Shown piece by piece: positions 1 to 9,792 of a stretch of DNA of 64,000 nucleotides. A program made the translations under genes and the position numbers. Origin of the DNA: an uncultured Porphyromonas sp. (GTDB lineage: Bacteria > Bacteroidota > Bacteroidia > Bacteroidales > Porphyromonadaceae); assembly GCF_938023125.1 (NCBI RefSeq), contig NZ_CALHDW010000017.1:218289-282288 (forward strand), read 5' to 3'. How positions within the stretch are numbered: position 1 is the stretch's first letter; every line of letters starts with the position of its first letter. The notes below the pieces were generated by a model that saw nothing but the letters and a program-made list of their open reading frames with translations, was not told the origin of the DNA and did not search any database.

Positions 1-514
1 GCTCCGACATTTGGGCAAAGGTTCTCTCCTCGCCTTCCGGCACAAAAAGAGCATCGTACCCGAAGCCCGCCTCTCCACGTTCTTCTAGTATGATCGTTCC
101 CTCCACGCTTCCCTCAAAAAGATGCTCATCACCGGTGGCATCGATATAGGCAACCACGGTACGAAAACGAGCTTTGTAAGGCGGATCGAAAGCACGAAGA
201 TCTGCCACCAACTTTTGCCGATTGGCAGCATCGTTGTGCGCCTCACCGGCATATCGTGCGGAGTGTACCCCCGGAGCGCCTCCCAAGCAATCGACTTCGA
301 GCCCCGTATCATCGGCAATCGTAGGGAGCAGAGAAAGGCGATGGGCATCGCGCACCTTTATGAGGGCATTCCCCTCAAGGGTAGGGGCATCTTCTGCGGG
401 ATTGCTTTGCACTCCGGCCTCTGCCAGACTGATTAGAGTGCATCGCTCTTGCAAGATTTGGCGCACCTCTGCGAGCTTGTGCGTATTATTCGTAGCAAAA
501 AGTAGTTTTTCCAT
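1..514 (-). CDS. rdgB: dITP/XTP pyrophosphatase (Ham1/RdgB family), C-terminus cut by window edge
   Basis: Minus-strand reading frame from ATG (complement of 512-514) runs off the left edge. Translation begins MEKLLFATNNTHKLAEVRQIL...GFGYDALFVPEG, which is typical Ham1/RdgB. Not in the ORF track because no stop lies inside the window. Confidence 0.8.
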   Translation of the reverse strand, partial: MEKLLFATNNTHKLAEVRQILQERCTLISLAEAGVQSNPAEDAPTLEGNALIKVRDAHRLSLLPTIADDTGLEVDCLGGAPGVHSARYAGEAHNDAANRQKLVADLRAFDPPYKARFRTVVAYIDATGDEHLFEGSVEGTIILEERGEAGFGYDALFVPEGEERTFAQMSE

Positions 515-566
515 TATCTTTGTGAGTGCAGTTAGTGAACTCCACACAGGTAGCAAAATTAGCAAG

Positions 567-956
567 ATGGCAGATATTATCCAAATACAGGAGCTATGTT
601 TAGCTCTTCCGGGGGTGGAAGAATGCTTCCCGTTTGACGAGACAACGCTCGTTTTTAAGGTAGGCGGAAAGATGTTTGCCCTTATTCCCCTAGAGAAAGA
701 TCCCCAAATGATGGTCAAGTGCGACCCCGATCTTGCCGAAGAGTGGCGGCTCCGATTTGAGGAGGTAGAGCCTGCATTTCACATGAATAAAAAGCATTGG
801 AATAGTGTTATTTTAGGGGGGACACTCTCTTGGGAGCGAGTAGAAAAGATGCTCCTACACAGCTACTATCTTGTAGTACAAGGGCTACCCAAGAGACTTC
901 GCTGCACACTTACCCTACCGGATTCCCTCGCAGATTATGCCCACCCTCAGCTTTAG
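567..956 (+). CDS. MmcQ/YjbR family DNA-binding protein
   Basis: Internal ATG at 567 of ORF 222..956. Product MADIIQIQELCLALPGVEECFPFDETTLVFKVGGKMFALI...HMNKKHWNSVILGG matches the YjbR/MmcQ fold family. The upstream part of the ORF is antisense to rdgB and was not taken. Confidence 0.65.
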   Translation: MADIIQIQELCLALPGVEECFPFDETTLVFKVGGKMFALIPLEKDPQMMVKCDPDLAEEWRLRFEEVEPAFHMNKKHWNSVILGGTLSWERVEKMLLHSYYLVVQGLPKRLRCTLTLPDSLADYAHPQL

Positions 957-1710
957 CGTACTATCCCCCACCTCACCCGTAGAGAGCACCTACACCTACC
1001 TCTACGATTGGGCTGCACAACACCCTCAAGACCCGAACGCCTATGTGCTAGAGGTGCCCTACCAATCGGCAGGGCGCGGTCAGCAGGGGAACTCATGGTA
1101 CTCCTCGGAGGGGGAAAATCTTTTACCCTCCTTTCTCGTTCGCTTTCCTCACTTCTATGCCCCCATGGCTTGGGCCGTCTCGGAGCTTACAGCACTCGCC
1201 GTTTGGGAGGCTGCAGCCCCACTCGTGCCCTCTCCGGAGCTATTACGCATCAAGTGGCCCAATGATATTTACTACGGAGAGCGCAAACTCGCAGGCATAT
1301 TAGTAGGGCATTCATTTTCAGAAATGCGCATCAATTATAGCATCGTAGGGGTAGGGCTTAATGTCAATGAGCGTACATTCCCCTCCGACCTCCCCAACCC
1401 TATATCCCTTTATCAGATAGTTGGGAAAGAGCTAGACCTCTCTCTCGTACGCTCCCTCCTCTACCAATCGATGGAGCAACGCCTCGGGGAGATTGCCACG
1501 CTCACCCCAACGCTCAACATGTATCACCTCGACTACCTCGAGAGACTCTACAAACGCGACGAAAAAGCCACCTTCCGCAATACCCAAGACGGACGGGAGT
1601 TCGTAGGAATAATACGCGATGTTCAACCCAATGGGCTCCTTGTAATGATGGCAGAGGATGGGCTCAAGCACTTCGCCTTTAAGGAGATAGAATATGTTCA
1701 CGACCTCTAG
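937..1710 (+). CDS. birA: biotin--[acetyl-CoA-carboxylase] ligase
   Basis: 257 aa with the KWPNDIYYGERKLAGIL BirA signature. Its 20-nt overlap with the preceding gene suggests coupling. Confidence 0.85.
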   Translation: MPTLSFSVLSPTSPVESTYTYLYDWAAQHPQDPNAYVLEVPYQSAGRGQQGNSWYSSEGENLLPSFLVRFPHFYAPMAWAVSELTALAVWEAAAPLVPSPELLRIKWPNDIYYGERKLAGILVGHSFSEMRINYSIVGVGLNVNERTFPSDLPNPISLYQIVGKELDLSLVRSLLYQSMEQRLGEIATLTPTLNMYHLDYLERLYKRDEKATFRNTQDGREFVGIIRDVQPNGLLVMMAEDGLKHFAFKEIEYVHDL

Positions 1711-2482
1711 CAATACACTCTCACAGCGTGAGAAAAAACTCATTGTAGCCCTCCAGCAAGCCAAAGTGCGCCGTGCGGAGGGGCTTTTTGTGGCGGAGGG
1801 TCCCAAACTTATAGGGGAGCTCCTTGCTACCTTTCCTTGCCGATTGCTGGTTACTACCGCCTCATTCCTCCCTCTTGTGGAGGGCTTGGGTCAGATCCAA
1901 CGTGTGGTGCTATTGCCTGAGGAATACGACTTTAGTTCCCTCAGCACACTGCGTACTCCGCGCCCCGTGATTGCCTTGCTGGAGCTCCCGATTCCCCCCT
2001 CGGCTTCTACCATTACCGCTCCGAGTCTTTTGCTCGACAACGTACAAGACCCCGGCAATGTAGGCTCCATCCTACGCACGGCCGATTGGTTTGGCTGCCG
2101 ATCTGTATTTACTACAGAGGGTACAGCAGACCCCTTTTCGCCTAAGGTGGTACAGGCAACGATGGGCGCCTTGGCACGGGTCAAGGTAACGCCGGTAACC
2201 GACATCCACTCTCTACTCGGGCAAGCCCATAGGGATGGCGTTGCTATTTGGGGGACATTCTTAGAGGGCGAAGATATTCTCGCACACCACAGCACGCCCC
2301 TCTTCTCCTCCCCTTATCTTTTAATTATGGGCAACGAAGGGCAAGGCATCTCCCCCACGGTTGCTCAATATGTAACTCAACGTCTTACTATCCCCTCCTC
2401 TTCTCCAGACGGCAAACAGGTAGAAAGCCTCAACGTAGCTGCCGCTACCGCTATTGTATTGGCCTGCCTACACCGTCACTAA
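1694..2482 (+). CDS. TrmH/SpoU family RNA 2'-O-methyltransferase
   Basis: 262 aa. An N-terminal substrate-binding region is followed by the SpoU motifs DNVQDPGNVGSILRTADWFG and LLIMGNEGQGIS. Confidence 0.8.
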   Translation: MFTTSSNTLSQREKKLIVALQQAKVRRAEGLFVAEGPKLIGELLATFPCRLLVTTASFLPLVEGLGQIQRVVLLPEEYDFSSLSTLRTPRPVIALLELPIPPSASTITAPSLLLDNVQDPGNVGSILRTADWFGCRSVFTTEGTADPFSPKVVQATMGALARVKVTPVTDIHSLLGQAHRDGVAIWGTFLEGEDILAHHSTPLFSSPYLLIMGNEGQGISPTVAQYVTQRLTIPSSSPDGKQVESLNVAAATAIVLACLHRH

Positions 2483-2493
2483 CCTCTCCCTCT

Positions 2494-5307
2494 ATGAACG
2501 AAACAATCAAGCACGACCAAGGCTATATAGAGATTCGTGGGAATCGTGTCAATAACCTAAAGAACATTGATCTCTCCATACCTAGAGGGAAACTCACCGT
2601 TATATCGGGAGTTAGTGGATCGGGGAAAAGCTCTCTGGCCTTCGACACCCTCTACGCCGAGGGGCAGCGAAGATATGTGGAGAGTCTATCGAGCTATGCA
2701 CGTCAATTCCTAGACAGAATGCCCAAGCCCGACTGCGACTTTATCCGCTACATACCGCCAGCCGTGGCTATACAACAGCGCGTAATCAGCCGTAACCCCC
2801 GTAGTACGGTGGGAACAAGTACGGAGATCTACGACTATCTGAAGATGCTTTTTGCTCGCTTTGGTAAGACCATTTCTCCCATCTCCGGCGCCGAAGTCAA
2901 AAAACACACTTCCCACGATGTAGTAAAAGCGGTGGGCACCCTCCCGGAGGGGACTCGCATCTATATAGTGGCTCCTCTAGCCGAGCGTGGCGCGGCTCTT
3001 ACGAGCCGACTCCAAATCTATCAGAGCTCCGGATTCAGCCGAGTTTGGAGCGAAAAGGGGGGCGTGATGCGCCTAGGAGACTTCTCTCCTGGCGAGCAAG
3101 AAGAGGCTCTCTACCTCGTAGTGGATCGAATGTCGGTGCGACATGCCGATGGAGCCTTCGAGACCCGACTTGCCGACTCGGTGGAAATTGCCTTTTACGA
3201 AGGGCACGGAGCTTGTAGCATCGTTGCGGAGGGAGAGAATCCCGTCAAACTAGACTTTAGCAACCGACTAGAGGCAGACGGAATCACCTTTGCCGAGCCC
3301 AGCCCCGACCTCTTCGACTTTAACAGCGCCACAGGAGCCTGCCCCGAATGCGAAGGGTACGGAAAAATCCTCGGCTTATCGCCCAACTTGATTATCCCCA
3401 ATCCCTCACTCTCCATCTACGAAGACGCCGTTGCCTGCTGGATCGGGCCCCAATCCTCCCTCTGGAAAAAGGAGTTTATGGCTCTTGCCAGTAAGGAAGA
3501 CTTCCCCATCCACACGCCTTATAAAGATCTTACCGACGAGCAACAGAGGCTGGTGTGGCGAGGATTCTACCACGAGCAGTACCAAGAATATGTAGGGATC
3601 GACAGCTACTTCAAAATGCTGGAGAAGGAGCTCTACAAGGTACAAAATAGGGTACGACTTGCCCACTTCAGGGGCCGAACGACCTGCCCTTCGTGCGGAG
3701 GGAGGCGACTACGCCCCGAGGCATTATATGTACAATTTGAGGGGAAAACAATCGACCAAATCACCCAACTCTCTATCCTCGACGCCCGTAACTTCTTTGA
3801 GGGAATCGCACTACCCGAAGCCGAAGCCAAAGCCGCAGAGCGACTCCTTTACGAGATTCGAAGCCGACTACAGGTACTCTGCGACGTGGGGGTAGAGTAC
3901 CTCACTTTAGATCGTCTCTCCAATACACTCTCGGGGGGCGAAAGCCAACGTATCACCCTCTCCACTCGGCTAGGGAGCAACCTCTACGGAGCTATGTACG
4001 TACTCGACGAGCCTAGCATAGGACTACACGAGCGCGATACGGAGCGACTCATCGGGGTGGTAGAGCGCCTGCGTGATGCCGGCAATACCATTGTGGTGGT
4101 GGAGCATGACGAGAAGATGATTTGTGCAGCAGATACACTCGTAGACATCGGGCCCGATGCAGGCATTCATGGGGGAGAAGTGATCTATGTAGGCTCCCCA
4201 AAAACCATAACCCGGGAGACTCCGGGGTACACTGCCGGCTATTTATCCGGACGGCTTTCTATCCCCATCCCCGCAACACGTCGCGCCTACAAACACCATA
4301 TCACCATACACAACGCTCAGAAAAACAATCTGCAAAACCTAACCCTCGACCTCCCTCTCGGGGTCTTGGCCGTGGTAACCGGCATTAGTGGCTCGGGCAA
4401 GAGCACCCTGGTACGAGACGTGCTCTACGAAGATCTCCGGCACTACTTCGACACACACGAACCGGGCTCTCTCTCGGGCGATCTCAAGAGATTGAAAGCC
4501 GTAGAATACGTAGATCAGAATATGGCAGGGCGCAATGCGCGAAGCAACCCTGCGACCTTCATCGGAGCTTTTGACTCGATCCGCGAACTGTATAGCCGCC
4601 TGCCCCTCTCTCGCCAAATGGGCTACAAACCCTCCTTCTTCAGCTTCAACAATAAGAACGGAGGCCGTTGCGAAGAGTGTAAGGGCGAGGGCACGATTGC
4701 GGTGGAAATGCAGTTTATGGCAGACCTGATCCTCACCTGCGATGCCTGTGGAGGGAAACGCTTCAAACGTGAGATTTTGGACGTGGAATACCATGGGGTC
4801 AACATCAGTGATCTCCTCACGATGAGCATATCCGAAGCCGTCGCTTTCTTCCAACAATACCCCGAAGAAGAGTACACCAAAGCCATTGTCTCTCGCCTCA
4901 AAGTGCTCGAAGAGGTAGGCCTCGGGTATGTGCAAATGGGGCAGAGTTGCTCTACTCTATCGGGGGGAGAAAACCAGCGTCTAAAGCTCGCTTACTACCT
5001 GGCTCAACGCACCGTAGAGCCCACACTCTTCATCTTCGACGAACCCACTACAGGGCTACACTTCCACGATATCTCCCGCCTACTCCACTCCCTGCAAGCC
5101 CTTATAGAGAAAGGGCATTCCGTACTCATTATTGAGCATAATCTGGAGATTATCAAGTGTGCCGACTACGTTATAGACCTCGGCCCTGAGGGGGGAGCAA
5201 AAGGAGGATTACTCATGGCTTGCGGCACTCCGGAGGAGGTGGCAGCTTCGCCTCAGTCTATTACAGGGCAATATCTACGAGAAAAACTACAACCCCTATG
5301 CCCCTAA
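2494..5307 (+). CDS. uvrA: excinuclease ABC subunit A
   Basis: In-frame ATG at 2494 (MNETIKHDQGYIEIRGNRVNNLKNIDLSIPRG) inside ORF 2248..5307. There are two ABC ATPase halves (GVSGSGKSSLAF, GISGSGKSTLV, LSGGESQR, LSGGENQR) and Zn-finger Cys pairs. 937 aa is the canonical UvrA length. The upstream 82 codons of the ORF are Arg/Ser-rich and overlap trmH, so they were treated as a spurious extension. Confidence 0.95.
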   Translation: MNETIKHDQGYIEIRGNRVNNLKNIDLSIPRGKLTVISGVSGSGKSSLAFDTLYAEGQRRYVESLSSYARQFLDRMPKPDCDFIRYIPPAVAIQQRVISRNPRSTVGTSTEIYDYLKMLFARFGKTISPISGAEVKKHTSHDVVKAVGTLPEGTRIYIVAPLAERGAALTSRLQIYQSSGFSRVWSEKGGVMRLGDFSPGEQEEALYLVVDRMSVRHADGAFETRLADSVEIAFYEGHGACSIVAEGENPVKLDFSNRLEADGITFAEPSPDLFDFNSATGACPECEGYGKILGLSPNLIIPNPSLSIYEDAVACWIGPQSSLWKKEFMALASKEDFPIHTPYKDLTDEQQRLVWRGFYHEQYQEYVGIDSYFKMLEKELYKVQNRVRLAHFRGRTTCPSCGGRRLRPEALYVQFEGKTIDQITQLSILDARNFFEGIALPEAEAKAAERLLYEIRSRLQVLCDVGVEYLTLDRLSNTLSGGESQRITLSTRLGSNLYGAMYVLDEPSIGLHERDTERLIGVVERLRDAGNTIVVVEHDEKMICAADTLVDIGPDAGIHGGEVIYVGSPKTITRETPGYTAGYLSGRLSIPIPATRRAYKHHITIHNAQKNNLQNLTLDLPLGVLAVVTGISGSGKSTLVRDVLYEDLRHYFDTHEPGSLSGDLKRLKAVEYVDQNMAGRNARSNPATFIGAFDSIRELYSRLPLSRQMGYKPSFFSFNNKNGGRCEECKGEGTIAVEMQFMADLILTCDACGGKRFKREILDVEYHGVNISDLLTMSISEAVAFFQQYPEEEYTKAIVSRLKVLEEVGLGYVQMGQSCSTLSGGENQRLKLAYYLAQRTVEPTLFIFDEPTTGLHFHDISRLLHSLQALIEKGHSVLIIEHNLEIIKCADYVIDLGPEGGAKGGLLMACGTPEEVAASPQSITGQYLREKLQPLCP

Positions 5308-5690
5308 AGAAGAAAACAACACCCGAGAAGCTATTTTACTCCCCCCACGAAGTTTGCGAACTTATCGGGGAGGACGTGCACACCCTCTACTATTGGGAAG
5401 ATACCTTCGGGCTCTCCATCGAAAGAAGCCGGGGCGGACACCGACGCTACACGCCGCAAAACATAGAGACCTTGCGGCTGATTCATTTCCTCATCCGCGA
5501 GAGAAAGTTTACCAGCGATGGCGTAAAACATTACCTCCAAAACCCCAATAAAGAGGAAAACAAGCGCAAGGTAATAGAGCAACTGCGCATCTCTCTAAAC
5601 GAGGTGGAGGGGCTGCTCAAAGCCTTCAACGCCTATCGCTTATCCCAAGGCGGCGTACACCACGACTCCAACGACGAGTTCTTCGAATAA
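5298..5690 (+). CDS. MerR family transcriptional regulator
   Basis: Start taken at internal ATG 5298 (MPLKKKTTPEKLFYSPHEVCELIGEDVHTLYYWEDTFGL...RSRGGHRRYTPQNIETLRLIHFL gives a MerR-type HTH). It overlaps the uvrA stop by 10 nt. Confidence 0.6.
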   Translation: MPLKKKTTPEKLFYSPHEVCELIGEDVHTLYYWEDTFGLSIERSRGGHRRYTPQNIETLRLIHFLIRERKFTSDGVKHYLQNPNKEENKRKVIEQLRISLNEVEGLLKAFNAYRLSQGGVHHDSNDEFFE

Positions 5691-5697
5691 AAAACAA

Positions 5698-5745
5698 GCG
5701 GAGCAACCCTAGCTTTATTAGGATTGCTCCGCTCTCTTTTTGGGG
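5698..5745. terminator. bidirectional rho-independent terminator between the merR-like gene (+) and the LRR gene (-)
   Basis: Inverted repeat gcggagcaa(5698-5706)...ttgctccgc(5724-5732). It is followed by tctctttttgggg on the plus strand and preceded by aataaaaaac, which gives a T-run when read on the minus strand. Confidence 0.6.
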
Positions 5746-5779
5746 CGACGTTGTACCGAATCAGTAGCCCTTCACCTCC

Positions 5780-7516
5780 TTAGAAATAGAGTTTTTCGAG
5801 ATGCCTATGCCCCGATACAGCATCGGTATAAACCGCAAGATAGGTACCCTGGGCAGGGCGAGAGAGTACTACTTTACTACCCTCCACAGACGCAGTATAT
5901 AGGAGGGAGCCATCGAAAGCATAGAGCTGCACCACGCCTTGCAGCGCCTGCCCTTGTATCGCTAGTTGGCCATCGCTCACGACAAAGCGTACGGCCTTAG
6001 CCCCTTCGGGCTCTAGCAAAGCATCTATATCAGCACCCGATCCATCCCCCTTGATTTGGGGTGTCCAGTTAAGCCCTTCTGCTATATCGGTACTACTGCA
6101 TTGGGCGGAAAAATCGCCTTTCAGCCCATTGATAAGATTGACCTTTGTAGGCTTCTCATCGAGCATCGGCAGCTGCCTGTAGATGGCATTAAGCTCTTGA
6201 CTTGTCATCTTATTCTCTGGGATGCCCAACATCGTAAGCTTAGAAGTGCGCGAGAGATCTAGCGAATGAATTTGATTATTGCGCAGGTTGAGCAACTTGA
6301 GTTGTGGGCACTCCGAGAGGTCTATCTCGCTCAATTGATTGCTTCCGAGGTCAAGCGTTTCGAGCTGCGCCATGCCCTTGAGGGAGAGGGCGGTCAGCTT
6401 ATTGTAGGGCACTTGTAGGAAGGCAAGTTTTGAGGGCGAGGGGTGCAACGTTAGGCTCTCTAAGGCGCATTTCTTTGCCTCCAGGCGAGTCAGCTCGGGG
6501 CATTTACTCACATCAAGGTGAGAGAGGCGGCTGTTGCTATTGCACCAGAGCTGGCTAAGGGAAGCCATTGCTCCGAAGTCAAATTGATCAAAATTGCACG
6601 AGCTCAGCCCTAAGTCTGTGAGCAAGCAAGGAGTAGGCAGCAGTAGCTTCGAGAGGTTGCTTGCCCCCGTCACCATGAGGTAAGATAGCTTCGGACAATG
6701 GGTCAAATCGAGTTGAGAGATAGCCGTATTCATAGCGAGCAATTGGGTCAACTCGGGCGCATTGAGGGTGAGCTCTTTAATCTCTTTATTGCCGGAGCAA
6801 TTGGCTATTTTGAGCTGATTGTAGGGGGCCAAATTAAGCTCCGAGAGGCGATTATCTGCTATCAATAGCTCTTCGAGGGGAGCTTGTTCACTTAGCACTA
6901 GCGCCATGAGTCTGCAGTCACTTGCAACGAGGTGGGTCAGTTTTGGGCAGCGGGCTAGGTCTAACCGCTCCAGGCGTCCCATACGAGCACAGTCTAAATA
7001 GGCCAGCTCAGGGCAGTGAGTTACGTCCAACTCGCTCAAGAAATTACCCGAAACAACCAAGCGTTGCAACTTGCTACAAGCCTTTACATCCAGGCTCTTG
7101 AGGTTGTTGCTGAAGAGCTCGATATTGGCAAGTTCTGTATTCCGGCTCAGGTCAATCTCACTCAGATAATTGAGAGCAGCCATCAACACTTCGAGGCGGG
7201 GACAGTTACTCACATCCAGCATTTTTAGCTTAGAAGAGGTGCAATTGAAGCGACGCACATCGCCCTTAATCACAATATCCTCCCCCTTAACCTCCCCCGA
7301 GGGTTCGCTAAATGTAGGGCCGATAACATACTCTACAAAGACACCATCACCCCAGTCAATGCTTGCCGGGGTTCCCTCTTGGGCCGCTGCAAGGTTAAAG
7401 CTAATAGGCGTCCCCTTGGCAGCGACTGTGGAGAGCCTGATCTCTTGGGCCCCTCCCGTAAGAACAGCGAGGAGGAGAGAAGCCCCCACAAGGAGGGCGA
7501 TACGAATCTTATTCAT
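5780..7516 (-). CDS. BspA-type leucine-rich-repeat surface protein with T9SS C-terminal sorting domain
   Basis: Start taken at MNKIRIALLVGASLLLAVLTGGAQE (signal peptide; ATG is the complement of 7514-7516) rather than the longer ORF that would overlap the upstream gene. There are many about 22-aa repeats of the form L..L...CP.L..L.....L..LDLS. The C-terminus ...LYAFDGSLLYTASVEGSKVVLSRPAQGTYLAVYTD... is T9SS CTD-like. Confidence 0.75.
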   Translation of the reverse strand: MNKIRIALLVGASLLLAVLTGGAQEIRLSTVAAKGTPISFNLAAAQEGTPASIDWGDGVFVEYVIGPTFSEPSGEVKGEDIVIKGDVRRFNCTSSKLKMLDVSNCPRLEVLMAALNYLSEIDLSRNTELANIELFSNNLKSLDVKACSKLQRLVVSGNFLSELDVTHCPELAYLDCARMGRLERLDLARCPKLTHLVASDCRLMALVLSEQAPLEELLIADNRLSELNLAPYNQLKIANCSGNKEIKELTLNAPELTQLLAMNTAISQLDLTHCPKLSYLMVTGASNLSKLLLPTPCLLTDLGLSSCNFDQFDFGAMASLSQLWCNSNSRLSHLDVSKCPELTRLEAKKCALESLTLHPSPSKLAFLQVPYNKLTALSLKGMAQLETLDLGSNQLSEIDLSECPQLKLLNLRNNQIHSLDLSRTSKLTMLGIPENKMTSQELNAIYRQLPMLDEKPTKVNLINGLKGDFSAQCSSTDIAEGLNWTPQIKGDGSGADIDALLEPEGAKAVRFVVSDGQLAIQGQALQGVVQLYAFDGSLLYTASVEGSKVVLSRPAQGTYLAVYTDAVSGHRHLEKLYF

Positions 7517-7533
7517 CGACTTATAGTTGAGAC

Positions 7534-9501
7534 TTAGAGTATATACTTTACAGAGCGGAGCGCCCCCGAGGTGTGTTGCAATACGACCACATAAGCGCCC
7601 TGAGCAAGGGAGCCATTGGCATACTCTACCCCCTCGAGCGTATAGATATGGGCGATATTCCACTCCATTGATTGGGTATAGAGATAGCCGGCGGCGCGAC
7701 CGAGAGCGGGAAGAGAAGGTGCCACTACCGGAGCACACCCGGTGAGCAAGGCGTCGTTAATTGGGGTAGATGCGGATTGCAAGGTATAGGTAAGGTAGGG
7801 TTGCTCGGCAGTACCTTGGCGGAATACAGCAGCCGTAAGTCTATACTTATCCGCAGCATAGTCTTCCATTTTGAAGGTGGGGAGGCGGAGAGCAAAAGAG
7901 CCATCTTCTTTGATCTCTAGCGGAGTACCCTCGGCGGCACTAAGCACCTGTTGCACCCTATTGTAGATGGTATTTTCGGCTACGGACACGGCCTCTGTCT
8001 CAGGATCGAAAGTGGGCAATGTGCTATTCTCTACCAGATAGACCATAGCTCGGAGGTCGCTTGTACTCTTCTCATCCACGCTCAGCTTACCCGTAAGCTC
8101 TACCGTGAACTCACCCGAAGCGGCACGGCTCATCCCAATAGCTAGGTCACTAAAGGCCTTTCTATGGAACGAATTGGAGAACATATAGTTGTAGATATCC
8201 TCTAGCGAACCTATGCGCACCGCAGGCGTGTAGAGCGAGAGATTGAGAAGTTGCTCGGCATTATTCAACGTACCATAGACAGTCATTAGATCACGATCGT
8301 AGACCATAAGCGGAGATTGATTGATGCGGAAGGCTTGGGCCACGGGGCTAAGCGAGGCGACTTGAGGCGTAAAAACACCCTCGCTTGAGAGGTCTCCTGT
8401 AATAGTAACAAGCGTGATCTTCTCGGGCGTTCTGGTCTTACCGAGGAGGGTTATCATACTCGTAAGAGCACGTTTGTACCCCTCAAGACTAGCGGGGTCT
8501 TTGGGGTCGATAAAGAGCTCCAATTGGTGCTGACGCATGTAGCCATGATCTACATAGTAACGACGATAGGGGCGAGCTCGCTCACCAAGCTCTACCTCCG
8601 TATCATTGAGTTTGGTAGGCTTTATATGGATGGTATGTAGCTCGGTATCGTTGGGGGCAACAAAGACGCAAGCCTGCTGTAGGTCGTCCATATTGCTACC
8701 CGGCAGTAGCTGCACCTCTTTGAGGGTTATGGTCTTTTTATCCGCTGTATTATTGTCAAACCAATAGGTAAACTCGATCTCATCGATCTGCTTATCGGAG
8801 CCATTAGTAAAGTAGTAGGTGAAGAAGATTTTGGGCGCCTCCCCCTCTGTGATGGGGAAGTAGTTGGGGCCGTAGACATTGTCAAACACCACCCCTTCGT
8901 AGGGATCTTTTGGCTCCGGGTGGGGTGCTTGCCGGATGGGTAGGATCTCGGAGAAGCCCCACGTAGCCGCAGGTAATTGCTTGTATTGCTCCACCAACGC
9001 CTCGGGAACATAGAGTTTGATGGTGGCGAGTTGTTTTTTGTCTACAAAGAGACTTTTTGCCTTTACCATACTCTCCCCGGGCAGGGTTATAGCCGTAAGA
9101 TTAGGACACTTTTGCAAGGCCTTGGCCACGATGCTGGTGAGTGTTTTAGGTAAAATTAGCTCTTTGAGGGCAGGGCTATTGGCGAGAGCAACAGAGAGCT
9201 CGTTGGCTGCATAATCCACATAACTCTCCTCATCCGAATAGGCCTCAATGGTAGCTTCGCTAAGGTCGAGACGCTCCACCATACGACATTGAGCATGTAA
9301 CTCTAAGAGGTCAATTTGGTTAATTGTACCCTTGATAACAAGGTCGGTAGCCTCGGCATGGGCGGCAAAAAGCGCAGAGCCAGAGCCTGCCTCCGCAACT
9401 ACAATCTCCACAGGATCGGCAGCAAGAGAGAGAGGCAATAGCCACCCCAATAGGAAAAAGAACATCCGTCCCAGGGGATGCAAAGAGTAAATTTTCTTCA
9501 T
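7534..9501 (-). CDS. T9SS-secreted surface protein with N-terminal LRR_5/BspA-like repeats
   Basis: Start at MKKIYSLHPLGRMFFFLLGWLLPLSLAADP (signal peptide; ATG is the complement of 9499-9501). The N-terminal third has LRR-like ELILPKTLTSIVAKALQKCPNLTAITLP repeats. The C-terminus YTLEGVEYANGSLAQGAYVVVLQHTSGALRSVKYIL is a classical T9SS CTD. It lies 17 nt upstream of the next gene, so the two are probably co-transcribed. Confidence 0.65.
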   Translation of the reverse strand: MKKIYSLHPLGRMFFFLLGWLLPLSLAADPVEIVVAEAGSGSALFAAHAEATDLVIKGTINQIDLLELHAQCRMVERLDLSEATIEAYSDEESYVDYAANELSVALANSPALKELILPKTLTSIVAKALQKCPNLTAITLPGESMVKAKSLFVDKKQLATIKLYVPEALVEQYKQLPAATWGFSEILPIRQAPHPEPKDPYEGVVFDNVYGPNYFPITEGEAPKIFFTYYFTNGSDKQIDEIEFTYWFDNNTADKKTITLKEVQLLPGSNMDDLQQACVFVAPNDTELHTIHIKPTKLNDTEVELGERARPYRRYYVDHGYMRQHQLELFIDPKDPASLEGYKRALTSMITLLGKTRTPEKITLVTITGDLSSEGVFTPQVASLSPVAQAFRINQSPLMVYDRDLMTVYGTLNNAEQLLNLSLYTPAVRIGSLEDIYNYMFSNSFHRKAFSDLAIGMSRAASGEFTVELTGKLSVDEKSTSDLRAMVYLVENSTLPTFDPETEAVSVAENTIYNRVQQVLSAAEGTPLEIKEDGSFALRLPTFKMEDYAADKYRLTAAVFRQGTAEQPYLTYTLQSASTPINDALLTGCAPVVAPSLPALGRAAGYLYTQSMEWNIAHIYTLEGVEYANGSLAQGAYVVVLQHTSGALRSVKYIL

Positions 9502-9577
9502 ATCATTTTGTATTAAGAGTTTTCTCGCGAAAGTCTTCCCATTGACACTCCTACAGAAGTATTGTGCCAACGACTTA

Positions 9578-9585
9578 CAAATGTA
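9578..9585 (-). promoter_or_regulatory. candidate Bacteroidota -7 box (TACATTTG on minus strand) for the T9SS cargo operon
   Basis: Plus-strand caaatgta is TAnnTTTG on the minus strand, about 77 nt upstream of the ATG at 9501. Confidence 0.3.
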
Positions 9586-9667
9586 TTGATAAATACTCTC
9601 CTAATCGATCTATTCTATCTAGAAACTCAAGTTGAGGCGAAAAAAGATGAGGCGAGGCATGAAAAAA

Positions 9668-9709
9668 CGCACGAGCTGCATCTCAACAACTCGTGCGCTA
9701 AATCTTTTT
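9668..9709. terminator. bidirectional rho-independent terminator downstream of spt
   Basis: Inverted repeat cgcacgag(9668-9675)...ctcgtgcg(9690-9697) flanked by gaaaaaa upstream and aatcttttt downstream. Read on the minus strand it is followed by a T6 run, about 95 nt after the spt stop. Confidence 0.55.
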
Positions 9710-9792
9710 GATTCCTAGGCTAAAGCCGGAAAAATCTCAGCTATGTTTGCGCCTATTTTAGGGCAGAAAATCAAACGAAATTAGCCGGAATA

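Noticed and set aside
2248-2493. 82-codon N-terminal extension of the uvrA ORF (and similar upstream extensions of the ORFs at 5780..7738, 7534..9570, 11005..12000, 14245..15030 and 31019..32362)
   Set aside because: The extensions overlap upstream genes, are Arg/Ser/Pro-rich with no homology, and canonical N-termini or signal peptides begin at internal ATGs. Each is treated as stop-to-start read-through and not as part of the coding sequence.
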